From positions 55,470,851 through 55,534,850 of the forward strand of contig NC_068982.1 of the NCBI RefSeq assembly GCF_001194135.2: a stretch of DNA of 64,000 bases, in the 5' to 3' direction. Of the stretch, positions 13,898 to 26,295 are shown piece by piece; the stretch's first letter is position 1, and each line of letters opens with the position of its first letter. The notes beneath the pieces were generated by a model, which saw only the letters and a program-made list of their open reading frames with translations, had not been told where the DNA came from and did no database searches. The stretch comes from Octopus bimaculoides (taxonomy: Eukaryota). Both the position numbers and the translations under genes were made by a program.

Positions 13898-14654
13898 TTA
13901 TACGTATGTGTGCAGACAACGATATGATTATATATGTGGAACTCTATGTTTTGACTTATGTATGCGTGTACACGCATATTTGCATCTTAACATCTGTGGA
14001 TATATGCACTTATTACATGTTAGACTTCGGGAATATTTTACGTATTTTCATACTGATTTTAACAGCTTGTAGCTGTTTTTTAATTAGCTCTCTTCTTTCT
14101 GGTTTTGCGAATCCCACCTAAGACACAGTCAATTACATATGAAAGAGTTCCAATAATTACAGGCTTAATTTTAAAGTCCTGCATATTTTTCATTATGCAC
14201 TTATAGTGTATATATGTTTGTTTGTTTGTTTGTCCTGGGTATGATATTAAACAGTATCCGGTAGTAACGCTCCACTTCGGAACATCTGGAGTTGTGAAGA
14301 GCGTGTAGTCACCCCTTTAATTACCATTACTCCTGGATCTGTTCTGACCTGGAACAGTGACACTCGCCTAAGTCACATTTATAGGTTAAATCATTTTCCC
14401 AGAAGTACTGAAGGCTCCCGTTGATTTTGACAAAGCTGCAGGGAAGGCAGCTGTTCTGGGAGAAGATTACTATGACATAAAACTTGAAGTGAAAATAGTA
14501 CTAGTCATTTTGCAATGCTTGTGACTAGAACTACTATAGTGACCGAGAGAGTGACAAGTGCTGTACAAGCTTTTGTCACTTAAATCCAATGACGTACAGT
14601 AATCTCACTATCTAATTTGAGACGGCTATCATCTGATAAGATGAGGCAGCCATC

Positions 14655-14800
14655 ATGTATGTATGTATGTATGTATGTATGTATGTATGTATGTATGTAT
14701 GCATGCATGCATGTATGTATGTATGTATGTATGTTTGTATGTATGTATGTTTGTATGTATGTATGTATGTATGTATGTATGTATCGATGTATGTATGTAT
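14655..14800 (+). repeat. (ATGT)n microsatellite, one of a same-strand cluster at 12010-16950
   Basis: Direct reading. Confidence 0.95.
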
Positions 14801-15268
14801 GGGCGGAAGAGTTAATGAGCTATCAACGGCCATCCATCAATATGTATACATGTGTATGTTTGCATGTAGGTATGCGCGGGGTCGTGGAAATTCCTGGGTT
14901 GGTGTCCAAGCGCACGTTTGGCCCACTACGAGTGGGACGCCCCTCTGTTGGGGGAAACTTTGAGAGAAAACCTGTTGGGGAAACTTTGAGAGAAAACCTG
15001 CGACACTGACAATATTCAATGATGTAGACTAGTTCTTTTCGAGTTTATGTTGTCCATGTTCAGAGAGTGGGATTGGATTTGTGAAAATCCTTTCCCTACT
15101 ATAAAAAATCATCATGCACAGGCATCGCTTGAAAAAACGTAATACCTATCACAAAAATGGCTGGTTGTAGCCTTCGCATGGTTAGGATTTTCGATCGGGC
15201 GATGGCAGTATTCGAACACGAGTTTGCAGCCATTATGTATGTATGTATGTATGTATGTATGTATGTAT

Positions 15269-16950
15269 GATTGTATCTTTACAATCAAACAATTTCAAGA
15301 AAAGTGCATTGAACAGAATCTTGCCCTATACCATTGCTTTGTTGATTTGAGCAATGCATTCGATACTGTTAATCGAAACGCTCTATGGCTAATTCTAAGG
15401 AAAATAGGTTGTCCAGAAAATTTTTTAAGCATGATCAGGGCTTTGCATCAAGATATGAAAGCTAGAGTTAACTTTGGTGGTAGGTTCTCTGAATCTTTTG
15501 CTGTGGAAAATGGAGTAAAGCAAGGAGACCTTGATGCACCCACCCTCTTTGCAATATACTTTGTTGTTGTGTTGTCACATGCTTTTCAAAACTCTGAGGA
15601 GGGTATTTACATAAAATATCGAACAACAGGGAATGTTTTTAATCTGACCAGACTGAAATTCAAAACGAAGGGTTTTACTTCACTCATTATGGAATTTTTA
15701 TACGCTGACGGTTGCAATCTTGTCAGTCATTCTGAAACAGGTCTGCAATCTCTTGTATCTGCATTTGACTCAGCTTGTGATAATTTTGGCTTGACCATCA
15801 ACTTGAAAAAATCAGTTGTAATGCATCAACCTGCGTGTGGTGCTGTTTGTAACACCACTAAAATTTTTGTTAAGGGTAAGTTACTTGAAGTTGTCGATTC
15901 GCTGGAAGCTCTGTACAAAATGATGGAAATCTTGATACAGAAATACATCTACGAATTTAAAGGGCAGCAAAAGCATTTGGTGGCTTGGAGTCACGCGTTT
16001 GGTGCCAGCGACATATAAATAACAATACAAAGCTGGCTCTTTCCAAATCATTTGTCTTACTATCCCTGTTGTATTCTTGTGAAACATTGACTTGTTACGA
16101 AAAGCATTTTAAATTGTCAGAACAATTCCACCAAAAATGCCTTCATCGCATTTTGAACATTAAATGGAGTTCTTTTACTCCAAACACAGATGTCCTTGCA
16201 TCTACAGGCATCACCTCAAATAAAGCGAGGATTTTGAGAAACCAAATGAGATGGTGTAGCCATATGGTTCGAACGCATGCCCAAACAGCTCTTTTATGGT
16301 GGGATTGCAGAGGGGAAACGCTATTGGCGTAAACCTAAAAAAAGGTTTAAGGATGACGTAAAGACTACTATGAAGTCACTTGGAATGGATCCAGAGGACA
16401 TAGAAACCCTTGCTTCAGATCGAGCTGGATGACGAACAAAAGTGTGGGGTGGAGTGAAAGCGTTTGAAGAGGCCAATATAACGCATGCAAGACTCAAAAG
16501 AGATTTAAGGAAGAATGTTACGATCGAGAAGGTAAATTACAATGACCTTTTTGTGTGAACAGTTTGTGACAGACCATACCTTTCTTTTGCTGGGCTCAAA
16601 TCTCATTTGCGAACCCATGGAAAACGAATCTCCGCCAAATATTCTGCCTATATGTCTGTGCACACCTTTCAATGCAATGTATACCAGAAGGTTTTTCAAA
16701 TCTAACGGAGGCCTCAAAAGACATTTTAAGATCCACAAAAATCAGAACTTATCTGCAGGTCTTGGTGGTCCAAATCGGATGTGCAATCTATGTGGGGTCT
16801 TTTCAGAACATTGTCTGGTTTAGAAAGCCACATTAGATGCCATGATGGTTCTAAGGTTTAAGGTACAGGAGGTGGTCAAACTCTGCATAAGGAGTAAACA
16901 ACCACCATGTATGTATGTATGTATGTATGTATGCATGTCTGTATATGTAT
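15269..16950 (+). mobile_element. 5'-truncated RTE-clade LINE (RT, C-terminal C2H2 fingers, (ATGT)n tail)
   Basis: FVDLSNAFDTVNR, GVKQGDLDAPTLFAIYF, FLYADG, FGLTINLKKS, CETLTCY..L.QFHQKCL.RILNIKW; frameshifted. Confidence 0.93.
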
Positions 16951-17129
16951 GTATTTATGTATTTGTATATAATAGTATGTATGCATATATTCCTATGTAC
17001 GTACATACACGTACATCGGTAAGGATTGGATGTCATATATGTGGATTTGTATGTTTTGACATTTGGATGTGTACACAAATATAAACTTGCATGTCTATAG
17101 ATGTGTATGAGCACTTATATGCTAAACGT

Positions 17130-18330
17130 CTTGATCGTTCAACATATTTTGACAGCTTTGTAGCAGTAATTTCCTGAATAAGCGTGTTTTCTTTTTTTGT
17201 CTGAAACCAACTTTTCAAGATTGGTACCCTGATAGTTGTAGGCAGAATCTAAAGCTATAATTCCAATATAGTTACGGCATATTTTTTATCAGTTTGATAC
17301 TGATATTTTCTTTTCCATTAAACTTTTACATTATGTTATCATTTGATTGGCAGCTGATTGCAACTGCTATGTATAATTTCTTCTTTCTGTCCCAGATCAT
17401 TAGGTCTGGTCTGTTATGCCTGCATTTTATCGAAATCGCGATAGGGACACTTCAGCTGTATTCTTTCATAGTATGTGTTTTTATATCCCCTGCGTCACTA
17501 TAGTTTCTTATATTTGCCACCTCAAAATTATCTTTTCTACTGATTTCGTTGCATAATGCTTCAGCCACATCATTTAGGTAATTTTGTGATGACATTTTCG
17601 GATATCTACTTTTGATATGGGTGCCATTCCCAGTGTTAATTCCATGGAGCCTGTATCGGTTGCCGCATCTAGATGGTTTACCCACCCTTTTTGTACATTA
17701 GTTATTTTGTTATTGCCTGCTCCTGTATTGCAAAAGCTTATCCCCAAACCTAAAAGCAAACATCCCAGACAGATTACCTTGGTTATTAGTGATGCTGTAA
17801 CTTCGGTCTTTTCTGGAAATATATCCATTCATATATTGCAGTAAGGCTGTGGGATTCCTCTGTGTATATATCCCTGGTTAGGGATATATATACACAGAGT
17901 CAGGTAATACTTTCTAAGAAGCTCCTTTCCAACTCTCATGCTGAGTTGATCCATGGCTGAATTTTGACATATAGTAGCTTATAAGTTTTTCTAAGAGATA
18001 TGATGTGATATTCAGAGTCTGTCTAAATCGATTTTAAGATTCTGCTGCTTTGATAGAAGCTGTCTACATCACTGTTGATGTGGAAATTTCTGCTATTAGT
18101 TAACAATTTTCGGGTTTTAACACTAATAGTCCGGACCTCATATACTGCCAAAGAAGCTCAAATGCTGACATGAATACTGCTACAGCAAACATATTGAGGA
18201 CTATTGATTTGTTGTATGCGGAAAGTTTTGTGCGCTAAATTTTGCGTTGCTTGTTATGGATTCCATCCGTAAACATCTGCAACATTTTCCATCCGATATT
18301 GGCGAAATAGTTGATAGCCACTGATATAAA
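17130..18330 (-). mobile_element. R4/Dong-like LINE 3' fragment with restriction-like endonuclease
   Basis: Stitched minus frames: TKLSAYNKSIVLNMFAVAV, VKTRKLLTNSRNFHINSDVDSFY, GWVNHL, HNRPDLMIWDRKKK (PD-(D/E)xK-type). Confidence 0.8.
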
Positions 18331-19409
18331 TGTTGCTATATGGGTTCATAATTGTATGTGTGTATGTATAACTGATGTGTTAACAGTGTTTCGTTTCGCT
18401 GCTATAATGTGCGTTTATATAGTTTATTATTTAAACTATGTATAACGATAATTGTAAAATCTTTTCCTCTGTGCACTATGTGAGCGGACAGAAAAGGGGA
18501 AGAACAGCTGTTCGTACGTTTGGGGTCTTAGTCAGCAGCTTTGTTTTAACTATTTATAAACAATTGCTTACATTAAAGGTTAAGGTAAATTAGACAGACC
18601 AATTTCCACATTTAACAATTTCATGGCTGTGAGATCAAACATGAAATTATTGGTGTTTTAAATGAGTTTGATTTTCTTGCTATAACGTATTATAGAATGT
18701 ATCTATAGATTTTTTTTTAATATATGGAATGAAATTAGGCGAAATTAAGCGTTCACCAGATTTACATATAAATAAATGTATGTGGCATATTAACAATGAG
18801 GTTAATGGAAAGTTTGATGGATGGATGAGATGTCATTGTTTCCAGTCATGTTTATTGTTAAAAATTGTATCGGACACGACCATCGGTGAGGAGCTATATT
18901 ACAGTGGAAAAGTTGTTTTCATGCAAAAGGTTTGGTTGAACAGGTTCTATTGTGATGTGCAGAAGAGAGAGAGTGAGAGAAAGAGAGAGAGAGGGAATAT
19001 CACTGTCAGCTACCAGTACAGTCCTTAACCTTTAGCTAATAGGAGTTAGGTCGTTCGTGTTGCAGAGACTTCATATTTGGTGAGTATAGTTGTCAACATT
19101 GATATTGAATAAAGCCTAACAAACGTATAACTATATTCTGTTTGTTCTGTTGTCTGCTCTCGGTGCTCTCTGTTTTCTCTCAGACCCATTCTGTCTCTTC
19201 CTCTGATTTAGTTTATTTAAGCTAGCCCATCCGCCGCGCCAGCAGCGACGCGACACGAGGTCAGCGTCGTAACCTGACCGGATCCTCGACGGCGAAAAAA
19301 CCACGATCGCCTCCGTGCATCGGGCCGAAAGCGCGCGCCCCCAAATTAATTGATTTACCTCAAGCAACTTTAATGTAGCGTCAACTTTCTGTATGAAATA
19401 TTCACTTTT

Positions 19410-20546
19410 TAAAAAAGGTTTGGATCTTTTTGGTTTGACGGGCAACACTTGTTTTCTTAACGAAACACTTTCAAACTTGGGATACTTGTAGAATGTGTCA
19501 TATAAAACATCTTTCTCTCTTAGCCTTCTTAACAAAGATTTATTCTTAATAAGTTATTTCATGTTAAAGTTGTCGTATTTCTGTAATTTCAACCAATCAC
19601 TGACGTCTATTCAGCTGAATACAGTTACTGCTCTTTTTATAAACAATAATTTTTACCGGTGTTAAGAGTGTTATTCCCTGTTTAATTATATCATTATTCC
19701 TTAGTAAGGGTTTAGGGTTTTAGGGTTAGGGTTCGGGTTTTAGAGTTAGGGTTAGAGTTTTAGGGTTAGGGTTGGGGTTAGGGTTAGTGTTAGGGTTATG
19801 GTTATGAGTTATAGGGTTTTAGGGTTAGGGTTAAGGTTATGGCAAAAATAATCATAACCCTANNNNNNNNNNNNNNNNNNNNNNNNNNNNNNNNNNNNNN
19901 NNNNNNNNNNNNNNNNNNNNNNNNNNNNNNNNNNNNNNNNNNNNNNNNNNNNNNNNNNNNNNNNNNNNNNNNNNNNNNNNNNNNNNNNNNNNNNNNNNNN
20001 NNNNNNNNNNNNNNNNNNNNNNNNNNNNNNNNNNNNNNNNNNNNNNNNNNNNNNNNNNNNNNNNNNNNNNNNNNNNNNNNNNNNNNNNNNNNNNNNNNNN
20101 NNNNNNNNNNNNNNNNNNNNNNNNNNNNNNNNNNNNNNNNNNNNNNNNNNNNNNNNNNNNNNNNNNNNNNNNNNNNNNNNNNNNNNNNNNNNNNNNNNGT
20201 CATAAATAACAGTGACAAACGAAATATATACCGCTGATAGTTGTTGTTGACAACGGATAGTTTTTGTTGACAAACAACGGCACTAATTTTATTCAAGGGA
20301 AAAGATCCCCTGACACCGTTGTTTACATTCCACGGCGTAATTGTTTTTTACCTCAATAGACGTCAGTGATTGGTTGAAATTACCGAAATACGACAATTTT
20401 TTACATGAAATAACTTCGAATACAAATTTTTTTATCTGTTCTATAACACAAAATATACAAGTATTCGAAGTTTGAAAGTGTTTCGGTACCAAAAACACTA
20501 CATAAAAAAATGTTGCCCGTCAAACCAAAACGATCCAAAGGTTTTA
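19410..20546. mobile_element. Foldback/MITE with ~210-bp inverted arms around degenerate (TTAGGG)n core (gap in centre)
   Basis: 19410-19620 is the reverse complement of 20330-20546 (TTTGGATC..TTGGTTTGACGGGCAAC; TTTCAACCAATCACTGACGTCTATT); telomeric repeats 19705-19840. Confidence 0.85.
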
Positions 20547-20952
20547 TTATTGTATGAAAGTTTTACAAGCTGGAGAAAACAGCTCGGGTTCAAACTGAAG
20601 TAGAAACCGGCTATATGCCCCAACCCCAACCTTCACCTTTTCTTAAACCAACAATTTTGTGTTACGACGATTATAAACAATTCTTCAATATATGTGCGGG
20701 CAGAAAAAATTGCAGGGAACAGCTGCACATACTTTTCAATTATTTTTAAAGTATTCATCAGGGGCTGTGTATCATTGTTTAGTATACACAAACACATTGC
20801 TTATAAACCCTTTAAAATCAGAGTTTAAAATAGAGTTCATTGACCATATTTAACAACTTCTTGACAGTGAGACCAAACATTGAATTAATAGTGTTTCCTT
20901 TCTTTGCAATAATGTTCTATTGTACTGTAGAGTATAACTATAGATTAACTGC

Positions 20953-21325
20953 GGAGGCGCAATGGCCCAGTGGTTAGGGCAGTGGACTCGCGGTTTCGAT
21001 TCCCAGACCGGGCGTTGTGAGTGTTTATTGAGGGAAAACACCTAAAGCTCCACGAGGCTCCGGCAGAGGGTGGTGGCAAACTCTGCTGTACTCTTTCACC
21101 ACAACTTTCTCTCACTCTTTCTTCCTGTTTCTGTTGTACCTGTATTTCAAAGGATCAGCCTTGTCACACTGTGTCACGCTGAATATCCCCGAAAACTACG
21201 TTAAGGGTACACGTGTCTGTGGAGTGCTCAGCCACTTGCACGTTAATTTCACGAGCAGGCTGTTCCATTGATCGGATCAACTGGAACCCTCGACGTCGTA
21301 AGCGACGAAGTGCCAACAACAACAA
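20953..21325 (+). mobile_element. tRNA-derived SINE (octopus OK/OR-like)
   Basis: A box TGGCCCAGTGG, B box GGTTTCGATTCCC, (CAA)n tail; lacks 14 bp between CGCGGT repeats relative to the copy at 1-131. Confidence 0.85.
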
Positions 21326-22012
21326 TAGATTANNNNNNNNNNNNNNNNNNNNNNNNNNNNNNNNNNNNNNNNNNNNNNNNNNNNNNNNNNNNNNNNNNNN
21401 NNNNNNNNNNNNNNNNNNNNNNNNNNNNNNNNNNNNNNNNNNNNNNNNNNNNNNNNNNNNNNNNNNNNNNNNNNNNNNNNNNNNNNNNNNNNNNNNNNNN
21501 NNNNNNNNNNNNNNNNNNNNNNNNNNNNNNNNNNNNNNNNNNNNNNNNNNNNNNNNNNNNNNNNNNNNNNNNNNNNNNNNNNNNNNNNNNNNNNNNNNNN
21601 NNNNNNNNNNNNNNNNNNNNNNNNNNNNNNNNNNNNNNNNNNNNNNNNNNNNNNNNNNNNNNNNNNNNNNNNNNNNNNNNNNNNNNNNNNNNNNNNNNNN
21701 NNNNNNNNNNNNNNNNNNNNNNNNNNNNNNNNNNNNNNNNNNNNNNNNNNNNNNNNNNNNNNNNNNNNNNNNNNNNNNNNNNNNNNNNNNNNNNNNNNNN
21801 NNNNNNNNNNNNNNNNNNNNNNNNNNNNNNNNNNNNNNNNNNNNNNNNNNNNNNNNNNNNNNNNNNNNNNNNNNNNNNNNNNNNNNNNNNNNNNNNNNNN
21901 NNNNNNNNNNNNNNNNNNNNNNNNNNNNNNNNNNNNNNNNNNNNNNNNNNNNNNNNNNNNNNNNNNNNNNNNNNNNNNNNNNNNNNNNNNNNNNNNNNNN
22001 NNNNNNNNNNAT

Positions 22013-22346
22013 CTGCTGTAATATCTCACATATACATACATGTATCACTCACATACACACTTTTCTTTGTATGACGGCCTGTCTTTGATTGTGTTCTTAT
22101 ATGTCGCATTCACACTCTCACATACACATACATCTTTAACGCTACAATAAATATTTCTGTTATTCATCTTATACGGTTGTGGTCTTTCATTACTGGTCAT
22201 CTATGTTATCGTAGCATAACATTATGTATATCATCTATGATATATTATTTTGTGTTCGACCGTGTGACACGTTTAACTAAAAGGAGTCCTCTGTTTTTCC
22301 ATTCGTCACCATTTCTCCTTTTTGAGTTCGCACGGTCGTCCTTACA
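22013..22346 (-). mobile_element. Partial LTR, same family as 50991-51567, cut by a gap
   Basis: Reverse complement aligns by eye with 50991-51330. Confidence 0.7.
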
Positions 22347-23099
22347 ATTTGTACTTTAAGCAATGTACTTGTAAATACTTAATGATTCGTGTACCACTAC
22401 AAAAAAATCTCCCAAAGAATCAAAATGTGTATACAGCTGTTTGCCCTTTCTCTGTTTGTATTCATTGTATAGCCGAATTGCTTACAATTGTTAACTATTT
22501 ATTGCGAAATTCTATAGATATGTATGTATGCATGAGTGCATGTGCGTGTGTGTATGTGCAGACAACAATATAGTTTTATTAATTTGTTTGTGAGTTATAC
22601 TAAAATATAATTCTCTTTTGCACCAATAGCTACGGCTGATGTTGCCTAATTTTATTTGCCTTTCTTTCCTTTGTTCGGCTAGAAATTAGCTTTTTCATTT
22701 TAAACTAGACTGAATATGTCTTTGTTGATACCCGTCTGAATACAGCATGCCTAGGTCAACATTTGATGTTTAGGTGTGACAAACAATGGAATAGGCCGAG
22801 TAGTAACGATTATGATTTTTAGGTACAAAAAGACATTTGTTACAAGCAGACAGAGTGGAGAAATAACACACTATATATATCCATGTTCACAAAGAAATTA
22901 TACTTGCTGAAATGATAGGAGCTTTGTTCTCTTTTGTAGCTTATTTCAAGTGAAAGTTAATGAAAGCAGAATAATGAAGCGCATCCATATGTACACAGAC
23001 ATGACAGAAATAAATAGCCACCCTTATAGTTGTTAAAATTTCTTTAAATCTGAAATTATATATTCATATTGTTTATTAATTATCATAATGTGAACATCT

Positions 23100-24130
23100 A
23101 AAATTTAGTAGACATACCTTTTGCACTTTTCAATGCAAGGACCCAATTAGGCATGCTACTGATCAGATGATGAATATTCTCTTGAAGAATTTCTTGCTAA
23201 GTTTCATGCAGTAACCTCAAAAGATCTAACTTTGAGGATGCTTTCTTGTTTTTGTTTTTTTTTACCCCAGAGGTGTTCAATAGGGTTCATATCTCGTGAC
23301 CAGCTTGGTCATGGAAGCTCTTCAATGCCATTCTCTTCCAACCAATCTTGGGTTCTTTTAGCTGTATGACAAGGAGCCCCATCTTCCATAAATAAAGAGT
23401 CTTCTTTAATCATTTCAGCACTAGAGAAGGTTGGAACGAGTCCTTTCTGCAATATGGACATATTTTTTATCTGAGTTTACGTTTCCCTCACACTCCACCA
23501 GCTCTGATCAACCATTGCTCCAAATTTCTCCCCAGACCATCATAGAATAGCCGTTGTGTTTCATTGTTGGCTGCAATTTTTCTCATCAAATTGTTGATCA
23601 ATTTCCAGACCCATGCTCAACCATTGTCAGAAAATACACCAAATCTGGACTCATCAGAGAATATAACAGTGTCCCAAAATGCTAGTGGCCTCTCCACCAT
23701 CTCACTAGCCCAATCTTTTCTCTTAGCTTGTGGAAGAAATGGCTTCTTTCTTGCTGCTCTGCCATAGTAGCCAAGTTTGTGGAGATAGTTGGTAGCTTTT
23801 CTGGGACTAACATCAATTTGTTCTGCTATGTCAGAGGCCTTGCAACAAGGATTATCCTCCACACTTCTCTTAACAAAGGGCTCTGGGTGACCTGGGCGAG
23901 GTGATATGGACTCCTTCCTCTCTCTGATGAATAACACAATCACTCTATTAACTGCAGAAAGCGGAATCCCAAAGTTTTCTGAGATTTTACGCTAAGTCCA
24001 CTTTCAGATTGACTCACGATAGGGCCTCTTTGAAATTCGAACAGTTCCAAAGCTTCTTTGTACGTGACATGATTAAACAGTCACATATGGAACCTGAAAC
24101 ATAAAAATGTCAATTAATAAAAATATATAA
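23100..24130 (-). mobile_element. Tc1-family transposase fossil
   Basis: GYYGRAARKKPFL, WDTVIFSDESRF, FMEDGAPCHTAK, SRDMNPIEHLW. Confidence 0.9.
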
Positions 24131-24141
24131 ACCTTTTCAAA

Positions 24142-24514
24142 TTAAAACAAGAGCACTCAGAGATCGCAAACCTCCGCCAAAGCAACACCAACGTCCTCTA
24201 GATGGTTAGCCGATGATTTTTTAAATGAGAACATCTGAAATAAACTCGACTGCTCTCACAAACGAGAATACTAAAAATGAACCCGACCGTTCTCAAAAAT
24301 TAAGTAAATAAAACCGGAAAAATAATCCAGCATCCTTGTCTGGTACCGGATCGATCCCAAAATCTAATCAGTTGGTGCCAGTCACGAGACCAAACATCCT
24401 TGAAAATTTAATCCGAATCCATCCAGCAGTTCTTGAGATATCTTGTTCACGGACAAACAATCAAACAAACACGACTGAAAACGATACCTCCGCCTTCGCT
24501 AAGGTGGAGGTAAT
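24142..24514 (+). mobile_element. Helentron-associated (HINE/DINE-like) short element
   Basis: Subterminal ACCTCCGCC near 5' end; 3' hairpin CCTCCGCCTTCGCTAAGGTGGAGG; T/A-rich flanks. Confidence 0.6.
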
Positions 24515-25237
24515 AAACATAAAACAATGTTTTATAAAGTGGCTATTTTCTTCTGTCATGTCTGTGTATACGTGAAAGGGCATTTGGTACGACATTTTCT
24601 TTCATCTTTTCTTTTACTTGTTTCAGTCATTAGACCGCGGCTACGCTGGAGCACCGCTTTGAAGGGTTTACTTGAAGAAACAGAGCCTACTACTTATTTT
24701 TAAGCGTCGTACGTATTCTATCATTTCTTTTTGCCGAACCGCTAAGCTACGGAGACGTAAACAAACCAACATCGGTTGTCATGAAGTGGTGAGGGACAAA
24801 CATAAACACATACATCCATCCAGACATACATACACAACGAGCTTCCACAAAGCTTTCTTCTACCAAGTTCACTCACAAGGCATTGATCGGTCTGGGACTA
24901 TTTTAGAAGACATGCAAGGCACTGTGCAGTGGGACTGAACCCTAAACCACGTGGTTGCAAAGTGATCCGCTTAACCACATAGTTGTGTCTTTTGATGTGC
25001 CTGACATAATTTATATTTTGAAAAATAAAGTTGTCGCGAGGTTTGCTTGACGCATGAGTTGAGCTTGTCACTGAAGATATACTTCAGAAGTATGCTTCAC
25101 CATTGCCAAAGTGGTCGGTTTTATTAACATTGCGTAGTGTACATGTGTATGTTGTTGGTTGTGAGAATGATAACTAAAGCAAACTCATGAACATTTAACT
25201 TGATATTTATTGCCGGACAAAATGATATTTAGTGTTA

Positions 25238-26295
25238 TTAGGTTGTTCGGAAAATAATGTTCGATTTTCCGAAAATATTTTTTCCAATTTGATTTAAGAT
25301 GTTGTTTTTATAGTGTTTTAGACGAAATTTTACTTGCTTAATAATTGATGTATACTCTTTAATAAATTTTTATTGATTTCTTTCCGAATATAATTATGAA
25401 GCGTAGAAACCCCTAATTTCAAACATGAAGAAAGCAAAACATGCGTTTACCTTTTTTTGTATGAATTCAGCCTTAGACATAATGCTTCCTAAACAGCCAC
25501 CAATATCAAAAGAGCATGGGGGTGAAGGATCCACTAGTGATCGAACGGTAAAACGGTTGTTTGAGAGATTCCGTAGTGAGGATGAGAGCCTTGAAGATCA
25601 AGAAGGTAGATGATGTGCGTCTTCCTTCGATGATCAACATTTAAAAACAATACAGCTTTCTGGAACCTAACCAGAGCATTACATTGGAAGTTTACTGTAG
25701 GCAACTGGAAGAAATGCATGTTTGAGCAAAACGAGACCTGCACTTGTTAATCGACGTGGTCTAATTCTGCTCCACAACAACGCTCGACCGTACGTTTCAG
25801 GATGAACCTGCAGAAGCTCACAGACATGGAATACGAGACTTTACCGCATCTTCCATATTCTCCTGATCTTTCAACCACTGACTACGTCTTTTTCGAGCAT
25901 CCAGACACTTCTTTTTGATTGACCGTATGATTTCAAACTGATAGCTTTCTATGTTTCGAGAGCAGTTTTTCTCTCTATCCTATTCAGCAATTATTAATAT
26001 TATTCATTGAAAATATATATTAGGTTGTTCGGAAAATAATGGCCGATTTTTAAAATAAGCCTATATTTTTGAAAAAAAACTGAACTTAATCAAAGGTCTA
26101 ATTATTCTAAATATGATTCCTGAAGAGGTCATTTATGCCTCTTCGATAAAAAAATCCAAAGGGTTTGATGTCAAGAAATCCTTGAATTCAATTTCGACCT
26201 CAGTTTTGGAACAGAAGGTTTATTTATTTATTTTCTATTTATTTTTATTTATTTTTATTTTGCTTTAAAAGAAGTGTCTGGATGCTTGTATTTGA
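25238..26295. mobile_element. Rearranged mariner fossil
   Basis: TA+TTAGGTTGTTCGGAAAATAATG at 25238 and 26020; GEGSTSDRTV..F.RFRS; LLHNNARPY; HLPYSPDL. Confidence 0.85.

Noticed and set aside
12487-15009. ORFs of MYVC/HTYI type, here and elsewhere
   Set aside because: Translations of microsatellites.
19131-19535. 134-aa minus-strand ORF and GC-rich patch
   Set aside because: The ORF crosses the boundary of the foldback element and has no domain; the patch looks like an LTR-type fragment.
19705-19862. True telomere or chromosome fusion site
   Set aside because: The array is short, degenerate and enclosed by element arms; the 53308 array has the opposite order to a fusion.
19802-22088. Long ORFs containing X runs (also 44918-45985 and 51987-52435)
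   Set aside because: Artefacts of N gaps.
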